The notes: generated by a model from the sequence alone, not told the origin. A stretch of DNA of 64,000 nucleotides from Promethearchaeota archaeon (GCA_019058445.1 JAHPZA010000001.1:1-64000); one strand, 5' to 3'. Counted from the first letter of the stretch, positions 1-11,876 are shown. A program made the numbers and translations.

Positions 1-2
1 GT

Positions 3-269
3 CCAGGAGCAATTGTTGGACGTGTTGGCGTACCACATGAAGTGGAGATTGATGCCACCGATACTTTTTTCAGGAGTGTTGGCATACGCGGTGGCCCGGC
101 ACCTACCCGTGCCTATATAGAAAAACTACTTGACGCAGTGCTCAAAAATGAGATTAATCCAGGCAAAGTTTTTGATCTAAAGACGGATCTTGACCATATA
201 CAAGAAGCATACACCGCTATGGATGAACGACGAGCCATAAAATCTTTACTCAAAGTGAGTGACTTATAA
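3..269 (+). CDS. Zn-dependent alcohol dehydrogenase (MDR family), 5'-truncated by window edge
   Basis: Frame is open from base 3 (PGAIVGRVGVPH...). C-terminus GGPAP..AY...GKVFD....L..I.EAY.AMDERRAIK is typical of MDR dehydrogenases. Confidence 0.8.
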   Translation, partial: PGAIVGRVGVPHEVEIDATDTFFRSVGIRGGPAPTRAYIEKLLDAVLKNEINPGKVFDLKTDLDHIQEAYTAMDERRAIKSLLKVSDL

Positions 270-285
270 GAAAGAGGTGAAGGGA

Positions 286-810
286 ATGGATTTAAAAGAA
301 AAAAAATGTCTAATTGCATTTTATTCACGAAAAGGGAAGAATTATGTAAATGGAAGTATTGTAAATTTGGAGATTGGAAATACTGAAGTCATAACGAAGA
401 TGATAAATGAGATTATTGGAGGAGATATGTTTTATATCGATACTATAAAGCCATATCCAGAAAATTATGAGGAAACGACTAAAGTTGCAAAACAAGAATT
501 AAAAAACAATGCAAGACCGGAACTTTCAGATCATATTGCGGATATGGAAGCATACAATGTTATAATTTTAGGTTACCCTAATTGGTGGGGAACTACGCCT
601 ATGGCAGTCCGCACTTTCTTGGAATCTTATGATTTTTCAAATAAAACAATAATTCCTTTTTGTACGCATGAAGGTAGCGGACTAGGAAGTAGTGTGAAAG
701 ATATTGCACAAATTTGCCCAAAAGCAGAAATTAAAAACGCAATTTCTTTTCGTGGAGGAAACGTAAAGAATGTAAGAAGCGAAGTAGAAAATTGGCTTAA
801 TGATAATTAA
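286..810 (+). CDS. Flavodoxin (flavodoxin_4-like)
   Basis: YSR.G.N...GNT, GYPNWWGT.P, PFCTHEGSG motifs. ATG at 286 follows a GAGGTGA SD and is preferred over the track start at 259. Confidence 0.85.
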   Translation: MDLKEKKCLIAFYSRKGKNYVNGSIVNLEIGNTEVITKMINEIIGGDMFYIDTIKPYPENYEETTKVAKQELKNNARPELSDHIADMEAYNVIILGYPNWWGTTPMAVRTFLESYDFSNKTIIPFCTHEGSGLGSSVKDIAQICPKAEIKNAISFRGGNVKNVRSEVENWLNDN

Positions 811-867
811 AGAATAAGAAATATGAGGGCTCAACTTAAATTGAAATTTATTATAATATAAAATTAA

Positions 868-1878
<1,011 letters not shown>

Positions 1879-2151
1879 TTTTTTTAAATTCAATGAGATT
1901 ATGTCTTTAATTATTCAGCATGAATGGTACAAGGAATTTTTAAGTGAGAAATGGCTTGGCAGGGATAGAGAGCAGGATGCTATAGCCGCGGATCATCAAG
2001 AAGAGAAGCATTATGGATAAAAAATTTTACTCAACGTAAATGACAGGAAAACAATCCAAGATCAATTTGAAAGAGTAAATCCTTATCTAACTAATTATTT
2101 TTTTATGCCAAAAGTTTTAAAAATAAAATATTAAATTTTAATTTAAACCAT

Positions 2152-2742
2152 TTATTTGATTAATTCATAAAGAACTTGCTTGGCCCGATTAGTATTAAAA
2201 ATTCCACATACACAAGGTGCAGTTAACTTCTCAGCTGCTTTCTCTACTGAGATTTTACCTTTTTTAATCTGGTCTACATAATGTTCTACCGATTGGGAAG
2301 AAACGCAATGATGACCACACATTGTGGTGATTTCTAAGGTTTTTTCGGGAGGTAATAAACTTTTGTTACCAAATTCACCTATGGAAAGATTAATAGTATG
2401 CATCGTTAATCCTATTTCCTTACATAGTTCTTTAATTTCTGAAATCAATCCCGAAATGACGATAGAAATACCAAGATCTTCTTCTTTTATCGTTTTTATT
2501 ACATTTCGAACGTCTGAAATGTCAGAAAAGCAACCTTGCACAATAGAGGCTAATCTCCAACCTGCTTCAGCTAATAGATTCGTTGGGTTATTCTTTTTCA
2601 TTATTTCCCCCACACGAATTTGTCTCTCTTTGGCATCATCATACACACTTTTATCATTTACTCCTGCTGCTAACATTGCAATAATGACATAATCTTGATT
2701 TAAATTTTTAATAGTCCCTTTTCTGTATAAAGAATGAGTCAT
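2152..2742 (-). CDS. Uncharacterised Cys-rich protein, partner of adjacent 4Fe-4S protein
   Basis: THSLYRKG N-terminus; TMCGH and CVCGIFN..RA Cys motifs; co-oriented 21 bp downstream of the Fe-S gene. Confidence 0.6.
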   Translation of the reverse strand: MTHSLYRKGTIKNLNQDYVIIAMLAAGVNDKSVYDDAKERQIRVGEIMKKNNPTNLLAEAGWRLASIVQGCFSDISDVRNVIKTIKEEDLGISIVISGLISEIKELCKEIGLTMHTINLSIGEFGNKSLLPPEKTLEITTMCGHHCVSSQSVEHYVDQIKKGKISVEKAAEKLTAPCVCGIFNTNRAKQVLYELIK

Positions 2743-2763
2743 ATTTTTGAAACCTCCTTGTTA

Positions 2764-3474
2764 TTAGGCTCTACCTAAGCCTATATTTATTTTAGCATTA
2801 GGTCTTACTGAAAAACCTTTATCATTAAGCAGATCCATAACAGGGATCTCTCCATTCTCTGCAAATCGAGAAATTACTCCCACACTAAAAACGGTATCTA
2901 CTTCTTTATCTAATTTCTTAATTAGTTCTAAGATTTGTGTTGTTTTTTCATATGGGACTTTAAATTCTATAATCGCAGAAAGAACATGTTCATTTTTCAA
3001 ATCTTCTTGAAGATTTCCTTTATCGTCAGCTAATAATGCTGTCAGAGGACTTGCCGATTCGAACTCTACTCCAATCTTGGCCAGAGGTATGGTAAATTGT
3101 TCAGCAACGCTTAAACGAGCACCGATGCCGGGGCGACCTATTTCTATAGAGAAGCCAATCTCATTTTGTCTAATACGATTTGTTACATCGTTTGTTTTCA
3201 TTTCTTCGGTACCTCTCCCCGGTACTCCTGTTAATTTATGGGTGGCGATGACATCGCTAAAAGGATTTCTTACCAAACGGGGCATTCGTAACTTTTCTCT
3301 TTTAATCGCATTAGATGGACAATTTGCGGATCTTAAGCAAACAGAACATTCCACGCATAAATCTCTGTCAATAACTGCTTTATTATTAATTAATTGAATT
3401 GCTTGCACTGGACATACTATAACGCATTGCCCACAACCAATACAACGATCTTCCTTAATTTTCAAATTTCTCAC
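2764..3474 (-). CDS. 2x[4Fe-4S] ferredoxin-domain protein
   Basis: [12 protein letters not shown] and [14 protein letters not shown] motifs, followed by a [13 protein letters not shown] domain of unknown function. Confidence 0.8.
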   Translation of the reverse strand: MRNLKIKEDRCIGCGQCVIVCPVQAIQLINNKAVIDRDLCVECSVCLRSANCPSNAIKREKLRMPRLVRNPFSDVIATHKLTGVPGRGTEEMKTNDVTNRIRQNEIGFSIEIGRPGIGARLSVAEQFTIPLAKIGVEFESASPLTALLADDKGNLQEDLKNEHVLSAIIEFKVPYEKTTQILELIKKLDKEVDTVFSVGVISRFAENGEIPVMDLLNDKGFSVRPNAKINIGLGRA

Positions 3475-3617
3475 TTAATTTAGGTATTCGAATGTAAATT
3501 CTATAATTATGGGGATTAAAATATTTGATGTAATTAATAATTGTTCGCTAAAAATCTTTAAATAGATTTATAGCATAGTCATAACTATAAAAATTACGAA
3601 TTTAAAATAAAAAACCG

Positions 3618-4859
3618 GTGGATATTATGAAACAAGAACATACTTTTAAAGTAATACTTTTAATAGTCTTTTTCTCTTCTGCTCTTATAAGCGCACTATC
3701 ACCGATGGCGATTGATATTGCGAATGCTCTACCGATAACACAGTCTCAAGTCCTTTTAATTGTTTCCATATATTTAGCAATTGGGGCGCTAACCTCGTTC
3801 ATTTGGGCGATTTTAGACATTAAATTTTCACGTAAAAAATTATTGATTGTTGCTACCTTAGATTGGACGCTGTTCACGTTTCTATCAATGTTTGCGACAG
3901 ATTTTTTCACATTGCTTGTATTTCAAATCTGCTCTGCAGTTGGCTTTGGTGCTATTTTACCCTTAAGTTATTCTACCATCGTCGATTTAATTGACCCTGA
4001 AAAAAGAGGGAAAGCATTTGGGATAAAAGAACTTTTTTACGTTTTGGGGATTGGTTTAAGCTTTCTTTTGGCAAGCTTCTTAGTACCCACATTTCCATGG
4101 ACTATTCCCTTATTGATAATCTCATTAGGCGGAGTTGTCTGCTTAATACTTTTATTCATAGTAGAAATTCCCGAGAGAGAGATTGTTGATGAAAGTGAGG
4201 CATGGATGAGTATGAAAGCTTTCAAAGAACTCTTACACAGTAAAGCAATCATGATAATTTTAGCTTTCAATCTAGTGCTGTTTCTATGGTATGGAGCAAT
4301 TACTCAATATTTTACAACACTGATGAGGAACGATTATGGATTTGTCCCTCAAATGGCATTTCTTATTTATTTAATAGTTACCTGCGGACAATTTTTTAGT
4401 GGTATCCTTTTTGGACATTTAGGAGATAAAAAATATAAAACTAATAAAAATGGACGAATAAAGGTTGTTCTACTGTGTGTTACTTGCGGTGCAATCTTAA
4501 ATTTCATAGGTTTTTCATTAATAATATCTCAAGACAACATTTTAAGCCTAATCTTATTCATTATTATAATATGGGTGGCCCTTACGTTTTTCGGGGGTGT
4601 TGATCCGCTTACCCAAGCAACTCTTTCTGATGTGACGACTGAATCCAATAGATCAACGACTTATGCTCTTAATAATTTATGCTACATTCTCGGAAGAAGT
4701 ATAAGTATATTTCTTTTGAGTATTTTTCTGCTAATGTTCAATAATTTATATAGACCAGGATATATGATATTGTCTATTTTGACGTTAATTGCGGTCATAT
4801 TTCTATTTCCCCTTATGAGAGTTTTACCAAAGGAGATAGAGAAAATGAATGAAGATTAA
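3618..4859 (+). CDS. MFS transporter
   Basis: About 12 hydrophobic segments; motif-A-like LDIKFSRK and GHLGDK; D...PEKRGKAFG. Confidence 0.85.
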   Translation: MDIMKQEHTFKVILLIVFFSSALISALSPMAIDIANALPITQSQVLLIVSIYLAIGALTSFIWAILDIKFSRKKLLIVATLDWTLFTFLSMFATDFFTLLVFQICSAVGFGAILPLSYSTIVDLIDPEKRGKAFGIKELFYVLGIGLSFLLASFLVPTFPWTIPLLIISLGGVVCLILLFIVEIPEREIVDESEAWMSMKAFKELLHSKAIMIILAFNLVLFLWYGAITQYFTTLMRNDYGFVPQMAFLIYLIVTCGQFFSGILFGHLGDKKYKTNKNGRIKVVLLCVTCGAILNFIGFSLIISQDNILSLILFIIIIWVALTFFGGVDPLTQATLSDVTTESNRSTTYALNNLCYILGRSISIFLLSIFLLMFNNLYRPGYMILSILTLIAVIFLFPLMRVLPKEIEKMNED

Positions 4860-4918
4860 ATTAAGTGAAAATGAGTAAAAGACTCGGATAAAAATTAACT
4901 AAAAGATTTTTTTCTTTA

Positions 4919-5653
4919 TTATTGTCTTTCATTTTCTTTTAAAAGAAACAATTTAATCTTTTCAGGTAGGATTAAACCGATATAAAATTCAATAGAACTT
5001 GAAATCAAAATTAATCGTGTTATAACAACTGTTAATGGTGTCAAGGGAATTAAAATTTCCATGATTTGACCAATTATAAAAGATAAGAAGGCTATTAAAA
5101 TAAATTTGCCTTTTAACAACATTTCAGGATTTTCTGATCTGAATGTTTCTCTAACGAATAACATCCCTAAAACAAAAAAAGTTCCTATCCAGATTAACAA
5201 GAATAAATCAATTAACGGATTGAATTCTACTTGAAATGGGGCTAAAAATATTCCAATCGTTTCTGTTGGGCTTAGAAAAAGATACCAGAAAATTATTTCA
5301 TAAATTATACATAAAATGATAAAAAAGATTATCCAAAACTGTTTTTTATTAATATGTAATACGTCCAAGAAACCAATTAGAGAACATATAAAATAAAAGG
5401 GGATAAAAGCAAATCCAATTATGAAATACAATGATTCACTAAGAGGGGAATTTAAAAATATGATCATTAAAAATGATATTGCGTCCGGAATATAGCCAGA
5501 TGTAATAGCTATCCATGCTAATCCAATCAATGCAATTTCTCTTCTCTTATATTTGAAATATCGTGAAATAATCTTTAATCCTAAAAAAACACTAATTAGA
5601 ACAAAAAGCAAACTAAAAAAACCTTGTAAAAAATCTATTGGACTTAATTGCAT
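4919..5653 (-). CDS. Multi-pass (~7 TM) membrane protein of unknown function
   Basis: About seven hydrophobic helices, no catalytic motif recognised. Confidence 0.6.
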   Translation of the reverse strand: MQLSPIDFLQGFFSLLFVLISVFLGLKIISRYFKYKRREIALIGLAWIAITSGYIPDAISFLMIIFLNSPLSESLYFIIGFAFIPFYFICSLIGFLDVLHINKKQFWIIFFIILCIIYEIIFWYLFLSPTETIGIFLAPFQVEFNPLIDLFLLIWIGTFFVLGMLFVRETFRSENPEMLLKGKFILIAFLSFIIGQIMEILIPLTPLTVVITRLILISSSIEFYIGLILPEKIKLFLLKENERQ

Positions 5654-5846
5654 TTCCTATCCCCAAAATTAACGTTTTCAATTTTAAATAGTAATAGTTT
5701 TTTTATTTATATATATTTACAAATTCGTTTTAACTATGTTTTTTAGAGATCTTACACTTCTCTTATTACAATTTAATATTGGATTAAAAAGGTTATATGA
5801 CATTATTCAGTTAAACAATTAAAATATTATTTTTAGGTAATAAATC

Positions 5847-7250
5847 ATGAAAAAAATTGAAGAACCATCAAAAATAATCCCTGTTATGACAGAAACAGAT
5901 GTTTTAGTCGTAGGTGGCGGACCTGCTGGTCTTTGTGCTGCTCTCGCAGCGGCAAGAGAAGGCGTGGATACTGTACTTGTTGAACGCTATGGCTGTTTTG
6001 GAGGAGTTATAACACAGGCGATAATAGGAACTATTGCATGGTATCGATATGCTAAGACAGTCGATGCTGGGGGAATTGGAGTAGAGTTTGAACGTCGAGC
6101 AAAAGAGATGGGAGCCACTATCAATATAATTGGTAATATCAAGAATCCAGAAATGGTTGAAGTTCTTGAACAAGAGGGATTGATGGTAAACGGAGAGCCA
6201 ACTTATGAGGTTCTGGAAACAGAGATATTCAAGTATGTAGCGGATGTGCTAATACAAGAAGCAAGAATTACCCCTATATTGCACTGTTCTGCCGTCGATG
6301 TGGTTATAGATAACAATACCATAAAAGGCGTCATCACAGAAAGCAAATCCGGAAGGCAGGCAATACTGGCTAAAAGGGTAATAGATGCCACAGGAGATGC
6401 GGATATTGCTTATCTTGCTGGTGCTCCATTCCGGAAAAGCCCAAAAAATGAATTAATGGAAGTGACTGTAAATTTTGGTTGCAGTGGGATTAATATTGGT
6501 AAATTTCTTATGTATATTTATCTAAACCGAGGTAGTATAGGAGATTGGGGGGAAACATCCGGTAAGGAAGAAGACACATTCAGCACTTACCTCGTGGAAC
6601 CGTTTAATAGAGCAAGGGAAGCAGGTGAGATTCCTGAGGATGTCACTATAGAAAGCTATTGGACCAATTATACGGATGCGGGTGAGATTACGTCCTTTAA
6701 TGGTATTCATATGACAGATATAGATTGCACAGATGTCTGGGATCTTACTAAGGCAGAAATTGAGGGAAGAAAACGAGTAATGTGGGCTGTTGAAGCCCTA
6801 AAAAAATACACCCCGGGTTTTAAAAAGGCACGACTTAGAACAATCGGATCATCATTGGGAACCAGAGAATCGAGAAAGATAATTGGTGAATATAATATTA
6901 CTGAACATGATGTAAGGAACGAGGCCCGATTTGAGGATTCAATCGGTATTTGTCCAGAGTTTATCGATGGCTATGGCATAGCAATTCTACCTACAACAGG
7001 GAGATATTTCCAAGTTCCTTTCGGGATTATCCTCCCTCAGAAGGTGGAAAACCTTCTTGTGGCCGGTCGTTGTGTTGCTGGAGATAGAATATCTCACGCC
7101 GCAACCCGTCAAATGGCGTGTTGTACGGTCACAGGTCAAGGTGCAGGAGTAGCTGCTGCCGTATCTCTAAAGGATAATGTTATTTGTAGGCAGGTTGATA
7201 TCTCAAAAGTTCAGAAGATCCTCAAAGAACAAGGAGTTAGAATTGAATAA
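5847..7250 (+). CDS. FAD-dependent oxidoreductase (FAD_oxidored family)
   Basis: VVGGGPAG dinucleotide motif, IDATGDAD, RESRKIIG, NLLVAGRC, GQGAG. Confidence 0.9.
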   Translation: MKKIEEPSKIIPVMTETDVLVVGGGPAGLCAALAAAREGVDTVLVERYGCFGGVITQAIIGTIAWYRYAKTVDAGGIGVEFERRAKEMGATINIIGNIKNPEMVEVLEQEGLMVNGEPTYEVLETEIFKYVADVLIQEARITPILHCSAVDVVIDNNTIKGVITESKSGRQAILAKRVIDATGDADIAYLAGAPFRKSPKNELMEVTVNFGCSGINIGKFLMYIYLNRGSIGDWGETSGKEEDTFSTYLVEPFNRAREAGEIPEDVTIESYWTNYTDAGEITSFNGIHMTDIDCTDVWDLTKAEIEGRKRVMWAVEALKKYTPGFKKARLRTIGSSLGTRESRKIIGEYNITEHDVRNEARFEDSIGICPEFIDGYGIAILPTTGRYFQVPFGIILPQKVENLLVAGRCVAGDRISHAATRQMACCTVTGQGAGVAAAVSLKDNVICRQVDISKVQKILKEQGVRIE

Positions 7251-7457
7251 GGATTTACAGCCATTGAAATTTCACACTTTAACTCCATAAAGATAGTTAT
7301 TAAAAGCTTTTTTTTAGAAACGATGATGCGTAAACGAACGATGTATATTCAATTTGATTTTAATATAGTAAATAAACATTTAATTGGTTATTATCAAGGT
7401 TCTGGACGAATGCAATCTTAGCTTTTTATATAAAAAGAATAAGTAAAAAAAAGCAGG

Positions 7458-8636
7458 TTAATTTTCCCTTGATTTATATCGGATTTTAACCATTAAATCT
7501 CTCAGTTCCAATTTATCACTATCAGGCTTAATATACTTCTTTTTCACTCCCTCTTTAAGAGGAAATGTAGTAATATCTGTACCTTGGAGAGAGACCATTT
7601 TTCCGAATTCTCCATCAAGCACGAGCTTCATTGCGGCTAATCCAAATCTAAGCCCTAAAATTCTATCAAATGAATTAGGTGTCCCTGCTCGCATCGTATG
7701 GCCGAGTACTACACTTCGGCATTCAAAATCCACACCGTTTTTTGCGAATACTTCTTTTAAATCATCTCGCAGATTTAATTCTTTCACTAGTATGTTTGAA
7801 ATGTTTAATGCAGGCAGTACCGGATTTCCAAAGACATCTTTTGGTAATTTATCAATGGTCTCCTGCGTGATAGTCTTAAAATCTCGCTTAAGCGATTCTT
7901 GATCAGGATAAGCACCTTCAGAACAAGCAATCATATGATATTTATGACCCGAATTTGCCCTTTTTTTAAGAACCTCGACCACATCTCTTTCAAAATCGAA
8001 TGGAGTTTCAGGGATAAGTATTATATCAGCCCCCGAAGAGATTCCACTATACATTGTTAAAAATCCGGCATCTCGCCCCATAACCTCCACGATAAAGACT
8101 CTTTGGTGAGATCTTGCGGTGGTAGTTAGATTATCCATAGCATTCGATGCTAGTTGGACAGCACTCCAGAATCCAAAGGTATAATGTGTTCCCGCTAAAT
8201 CATTATCAATGGTCTTTGGGCATCCAACAACTTTAGCGTTGGAATATTTATATAGCGCATCCGCTACTCCTAAGGTATCATCGCCTCCAATCGCAATTAA
8301 CGCGTCAATTCCTAACTCAGCAAACTTGCCAGCCATTTCTTTAGAAATTTTTTCTTTAAGAGATTCTTTTTCTTCGTCAGTTTTAGCTTTTTGGATTGAT
8401 TTAAAGGGATTTGTCCTGCTCGTATATAGGAAAGTTCCGCCTATTGTATGAAGATCATCGTGCTCAGCAATATTAAGGGGAATAGTTAAATTTTCTATAA
8501 ATCCCTTCCATCCTTTCTCTATTCCTACACATTCAACGCCTGCATCGAACGCTTTTAACATGATACCATACAATACACTATTAAGTCCAGGGCAATCGCC
8601 CCCACCGGTCAAGATTCCAACTTTTTTAATTGTCAT
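7458..8636 (-). CDS. pfkA: 6-phosphofructokinase, PfkA family, PPi-type signature
   Basis: TGGGDCPGLN, GGDDT, PKTIDND, EVMGR, LGHTMR motifs. Confidence 0.9.
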   Translation of the reverse strand: MTIKKVGILTGGGDCPGLNSVLYGIMLKAFDAGVECVGIEKGWKGFIENLTIPLNIAEHDDLHTIGGTFLYTSRTNPFKSIQKAKTDEEKESLKEKISKEMAGKFAELGIDALIAIGGDDTLGVADALYKYSNAKVVGCPKTIDNDLAGTHYTFGFWSAVQLASNAMDNLTTTARSHQRVFIVEVMGRDAGFLTMYSGISSGADIILIPETPFDFERDVVEVLKKRANSGHKYHMIACSEGAYPDQESLKRDFKTITQETIDKLPKDVFGNPVLPALNISNILVKELNLRDDLKEVFAKNGVDFECRSVVLGHTMRAGTPNSFDRILGLRFGLAAMKLVLDGEFGKMVSLQGTDITTFPLKEGVKKKYIKPDSDKLELRDLMVKIRYKSREN

Positions 8637-8724
8637 GTAATATCACTTAATTTAATACTTTTCAATATAGAATTTCTAAGTAAATTAAAATAAAAAAGTT
8701 ATTATATCCGAGAAAAAATCTTAG

Positions 8725-9300
8725 CTAATCCTTATCTGTTTCTATATTATTTAATTTCTCGAACGTATAATGAGAAGCATTTTGGGGAATAATGTAGCTT
8801 CCTCCACCAGAATCGGTTATTTTTAAAGTAAATTTTAATTCTCCCTCTATAGCTTTCTGTAAATCATTTAAAATTTCCTCAACTTCATCGAATTCAGAAT
8901 CATTTTTTTCAAGATTATTTTTGTAGATTAAGACTGCTTCTTCAAATCTAAAAAGGATACCTTGTACATTAGTATAATAAAAGTCGGCTCTTGGGCCTGG
9001 TTCAACGATAAGTTCCAATTCAGGAATTTCTAATTTTCCTGTAGGCGATCGATAAATCTTCGATTTCAGATCACTCTCATCCTCTATTTTTAAAGTCATA
9101 ATTCCTGGTTCCATTCTTGTGGTCATAGGAATAACGTCATTCTTACGATAATTACATTGATCGCAGGTGAAATTAATAATCAACATTTTGTCTCCATCGG
9201 GAAGATCGTAATCGATTGTATTAATTGTTATTACTCCCTTATCACAAGAGGGACATTTGAATGAAAACTGTTCTTCCTCATTGTTCTCTTTTCTAGACAT
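8725..9300 (-). CDS. ZPR1-type zinc-finger protein
   Basis: CPSC...CDQCNY, then IPELELIVEPG, TNVQG.L, ITDSGGGSYI (archaeal single-domain ZPR1). Confidence 0.85.
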   Translation of the reverse strand: MSRKENNEEEQFSFKCPSCDKGVITINTIDYDLPDGDKMLIINFTCDQCNYRKNDVIPMTTRMEPGIMTLKIEDESDLKSKIYRSPTGKLEIPELELIVEPGPRADFYYTNVQGILFRFEEAVLIYKNNLEKNDSEFDEVEEILNDLQKAIEGELKFTLKITDSGGGSYIIPQNASHYTFEKLNNIETDKD

Positions 9301-9509
9301 AATATAAAGTTATTTTGGTAGTATAATATGATGTATTTATACAGAAATATGATTTTTATCATTTCTACATATGAGAGCTAATCAATTTATAAGTCATTTA
9401 AAGAGCTACCTTAAAAAGTTTATGCAAAAATTTTTAATATAACCGATTTTTAAATCAGTTAATACTAGATTATTTTTCTACTAAAAAAATAATATAAAGT
9501 TGAGAATGG

Positions 9510-9605
9510 ATGCTTAATCTTGAATTAAAGGAATCACCAATTATTCTTAACTCTATATTAGTGTTAGTAATCTTAGTAATTCAAGTAGTAGTATTAATTC
9601 TATAA
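9510..9605 (+). CDS. Putative 31-aa single-TM microprotein
   Basis: Manual translation MLNLELKESPIILNSILVLVILVIQVVVLIL*; below the ORF-track cutoff. Confidence 0.35.
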   Translation: MLNLELKESPIILNSILVLVILVIQVVVLIL

Positions 9606-9695
9606 AGTAATCAATAAAAACTTCGGTTTCTGGGTTTTTATTGGTTGCTTAGATACTATCTATATAAAAATCAAAAAAGAAAATGTTGGAAAAAA

Positions 9696-10271
9696 TTGAA
9701 AGATAACGGAATAATAGAGATAACGTTCCACGGAAGAGGTGGTCAAACAGCAATCACAGCAAGTCAGTTGTTAGCTGAATGTGCGTTTGAAAAAGGCTTT
9801 AAAGACACAATTGCAATCCCAATCATTGGTGCTGAAAGGAGAGGTGCCCCAATTCAAGCGTTCACTAAAATATCTGAAAATAAAATGATAAGAACATATG
9901 ACAGCGTTAATAATCCAGATTATATATTAATTTTTGATACATCATTATTAGAGATTCCAAACATCAAGGATAGTATTAAAGAGGGGGTAACACTTATCGT
10001 GGACAGCGTTAATCCATTGAATAAGGCTAAATTACCTAAAAATATTAAAATATACATCGTTGATGCTACGGGTATTTGTATCAAACGAGGATTTATGCAT
10101 TCGAGTGGTCCCATTTTAAATATTCCTATGCTAGGGGCTTTTGGAAAGGTTACAGGATATTATGATCTAAAAACTATGGAGAAAGTCTTCAAGAAGGAAT
10201 TTGGAGAAGAAAGATTAGAAAAAAATATGAATGTAGCTCAAGATGCTTATGAGTCAGTTAAGGAGGTATAA
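9696..10271 (+). CDS. porG: Pyruvate/2-oxoacid:ferredoxin oxidoreductase gamma subunit
   Basis: EITFHGRGGQ, GAERRGAP, PDY, VDAT, N.PMLGA. TTG at 9696 is a more likely start than 9645. Confidence 0.9.
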   Translation: MKDNGIIEITFHGRGGQTAITASQLLAECAFEKGFKDTIAIPIIGAERRGAPIQAFTKISENKMIRTYDSVNNPDYILIFDTSLLEIPNIKDSIKEGVTLIVDSVNPLNKAKLPKNIKIYIVDATGICIKRGFMHSSGPILNIPMLGAFGKVTGYYDLKTMEKVFKKEFGEERLEKNMNVAQDAYESVKEV

Positions 10272-10273
10272 AA

Positions 10274-10621
10274 ATGGCAGATACTGAGAAATGGAAAAAA
10301 ATAAACAAATCAAGGTCCGAACGCCCAGAAGTTCAAGAATATTCATGTTGGGAAGAATTATCTCCAATCCCCATCTCATTACCGATTGACGGAGCTGGGG
10401 GTACCACGGGAGATTGGCGTACTTTCAGACCAATTATTAAAGAAGGATGTAATAAGTGCGGAATATGTTGGATGTATTGTCCCGAAGGAACAATTCATAA
10501 ACAAGAGGACGGTTCTTTTAAGATTGATTATATGTATTGCAAAGGATGTGGCATTTGTGCAAAAGAGTGTCCAACAAATAATATAGAAATGATAAGAGAG
10601 AGTGATGCAATAGATGATTAA
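10274..10621 (+). CDS. porD: Pyruvate/2-oxoacid:ferredoxin oxidoreductase delta subunit
   Basis: TGDWRTFRP, CNKCGICWMYCP, YCKGCGICAKECP. Confidence 0.92.
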   Translation: MADTEKWKKINKSRSERPEVQEYSCWEELSPIPISLPIDGAGGTTGDWRTFRPIIKEGCNKCGICWMYCPEGTIHKQEDGSFKIDYMYCKGCGICAKECPTNNIEMIRESDAIDD

Positions 10622-11873
10622 ACCGGAATTAAAAGATTTTTTACAAAGTGAGGAAACTAAAATTATTAAGGGAAATGTGGCGGCTGCATATGCGGCAAAA
10701 TCTGCAAGAGTCCAGGTGATAAGCGCCTATCCAATTACTCCGCAGACAACAGTCGTTGAAAAATTATCGGAGTTTGTTGATGGAGGTTTAATGCCCGGAA
10801 CCCAATATATTAAAGTGGAATCTGAACACTCAGTACTTGCTTCCCTTGTTGGGGCAAGTATGGCAGGTACAAGAACATTTACAGCTACATCAGGACAGGG
10901 ACTCTTCTATATGTATGAAATGGTTCATTGGACTGCTGGCGTAAGGTTACCTATAGTAATGGCTATAGCCTCCAGAGGTCCAGCACCTCCTTGGAATATT
11001 TGGGCAGATTTTACAGACGTAATTAGCTGTAGAGATACGGGATGGATGAGTGCCTTTTGCGCAAATCATCAAGAAATTTATGATGAGATATTAATGTCAT
11101 ATAAAGTCTGTGAAGACTATGATGTGTTATTGCCAAAATTTGTGGCTTATGGGGGATTTATTTTATCTCATACCTCAAAACCAGTTATAATTGAAGATCA
11201 AGATAAAGTTGATAACTTTTTACCACCATTGCCAGATGAAAAGGGTTGGCCCCATATATGGATCGACCCAAACAGACCACTAATGCATGGGAACCTTATA
11301 ATGCCTTCTGGGTTTTACAGCGAATTTAGAATGATAATTCATGATGCTCTGATAAAATCACAAGAAAAAATTAAAGCAGTTGCAAAGGAATTTGAAAAAA
11401 CATTCGGAAGAAGCTATGGAAATGGACTAATACAGGAATATAAAATGGATGACGCAGATGTTGCTATGCTTAATTATGGTGATTTAGCGTTGCAAATGGA
11501 AGAAGCTGTGGACGCCGTAAGGGATGAAGGATATAAGGTTGGAATGGTAAAATTAAGACATTTTAGACCATTCCCCGTAAAAGATATCGTCGAAATTTCC
11601 AAAAAAGTGAAGGTTTTGGGCGTTATGGACAGAGCCACTGCGTTTGGCTCGCAAACTGGGGGTCCAGTAAGTTCTGAAGTAAAAACAGCCTTACATGGAA
11701 CAAAAGGAACTGCTATGGTGTTTCCCATGATAAATGGAATTGGAGGGAGAGAAGTGACTTTGGAACAACAAAAAGAACAGTTAAAAATACTAATTAAAAT
11801 AAATGAAACTGGAGAATTACCAGAAGATTTACTTTATGGTACTCTCTGGCATGGAAAATTAGAGGTGGATTGA
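10614..11873 (+). CDS. porA: Pyruvate/2-oxoacid:ferredoxin oxidoreductase alpha subunit
   Basis: AYPITPQT, VESEHS, TATSGQG, FRPFP, GIGGR. Confidence 0.92.
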   Translation: MIKPELKDFLQSEETKIIKGNVAAAYAAKSARVQVISAYPITPQTTVVEKLSEFVDGGLMPGTQYIKVESEHSVLASLVGASMAGTRTFTATSGQGLFYMYEMVHWTAGVRLPIVMAIASRGPAPPWNIWADFTDVISCRDTGWMSAFCANHQEIYDEILMSYKVCEDYDVLLPKFVAYGGFILSHTSKPVIIEDQDKVDNFLPPLPDEKGWPHIWIDPNRPLMHGNLIMPSGFYSEFRMIIHDALIKSQEKIKAVAKEFEKTFGRSYGNGLIQEYKMDDADVAMLNYGDLALQMEEAVDAVRDEGYKVGMVKLRHFRPFPVKDIVEISKKVKVLGVMDRATAFGSQTGGPVSSEVKTALHGTKGTAMVFPMINGIGGREVTLEQQKEQLKILIKINETGELPEDLLYGTLWHGKLEVD

Positions 11874-11876
11874 GAA

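Noticed and set aside
1901-2020. 39-aa [24 protein letters not shown]...
   Set aside because: No recognisable motif; possibly a gene remnant, not supportable.
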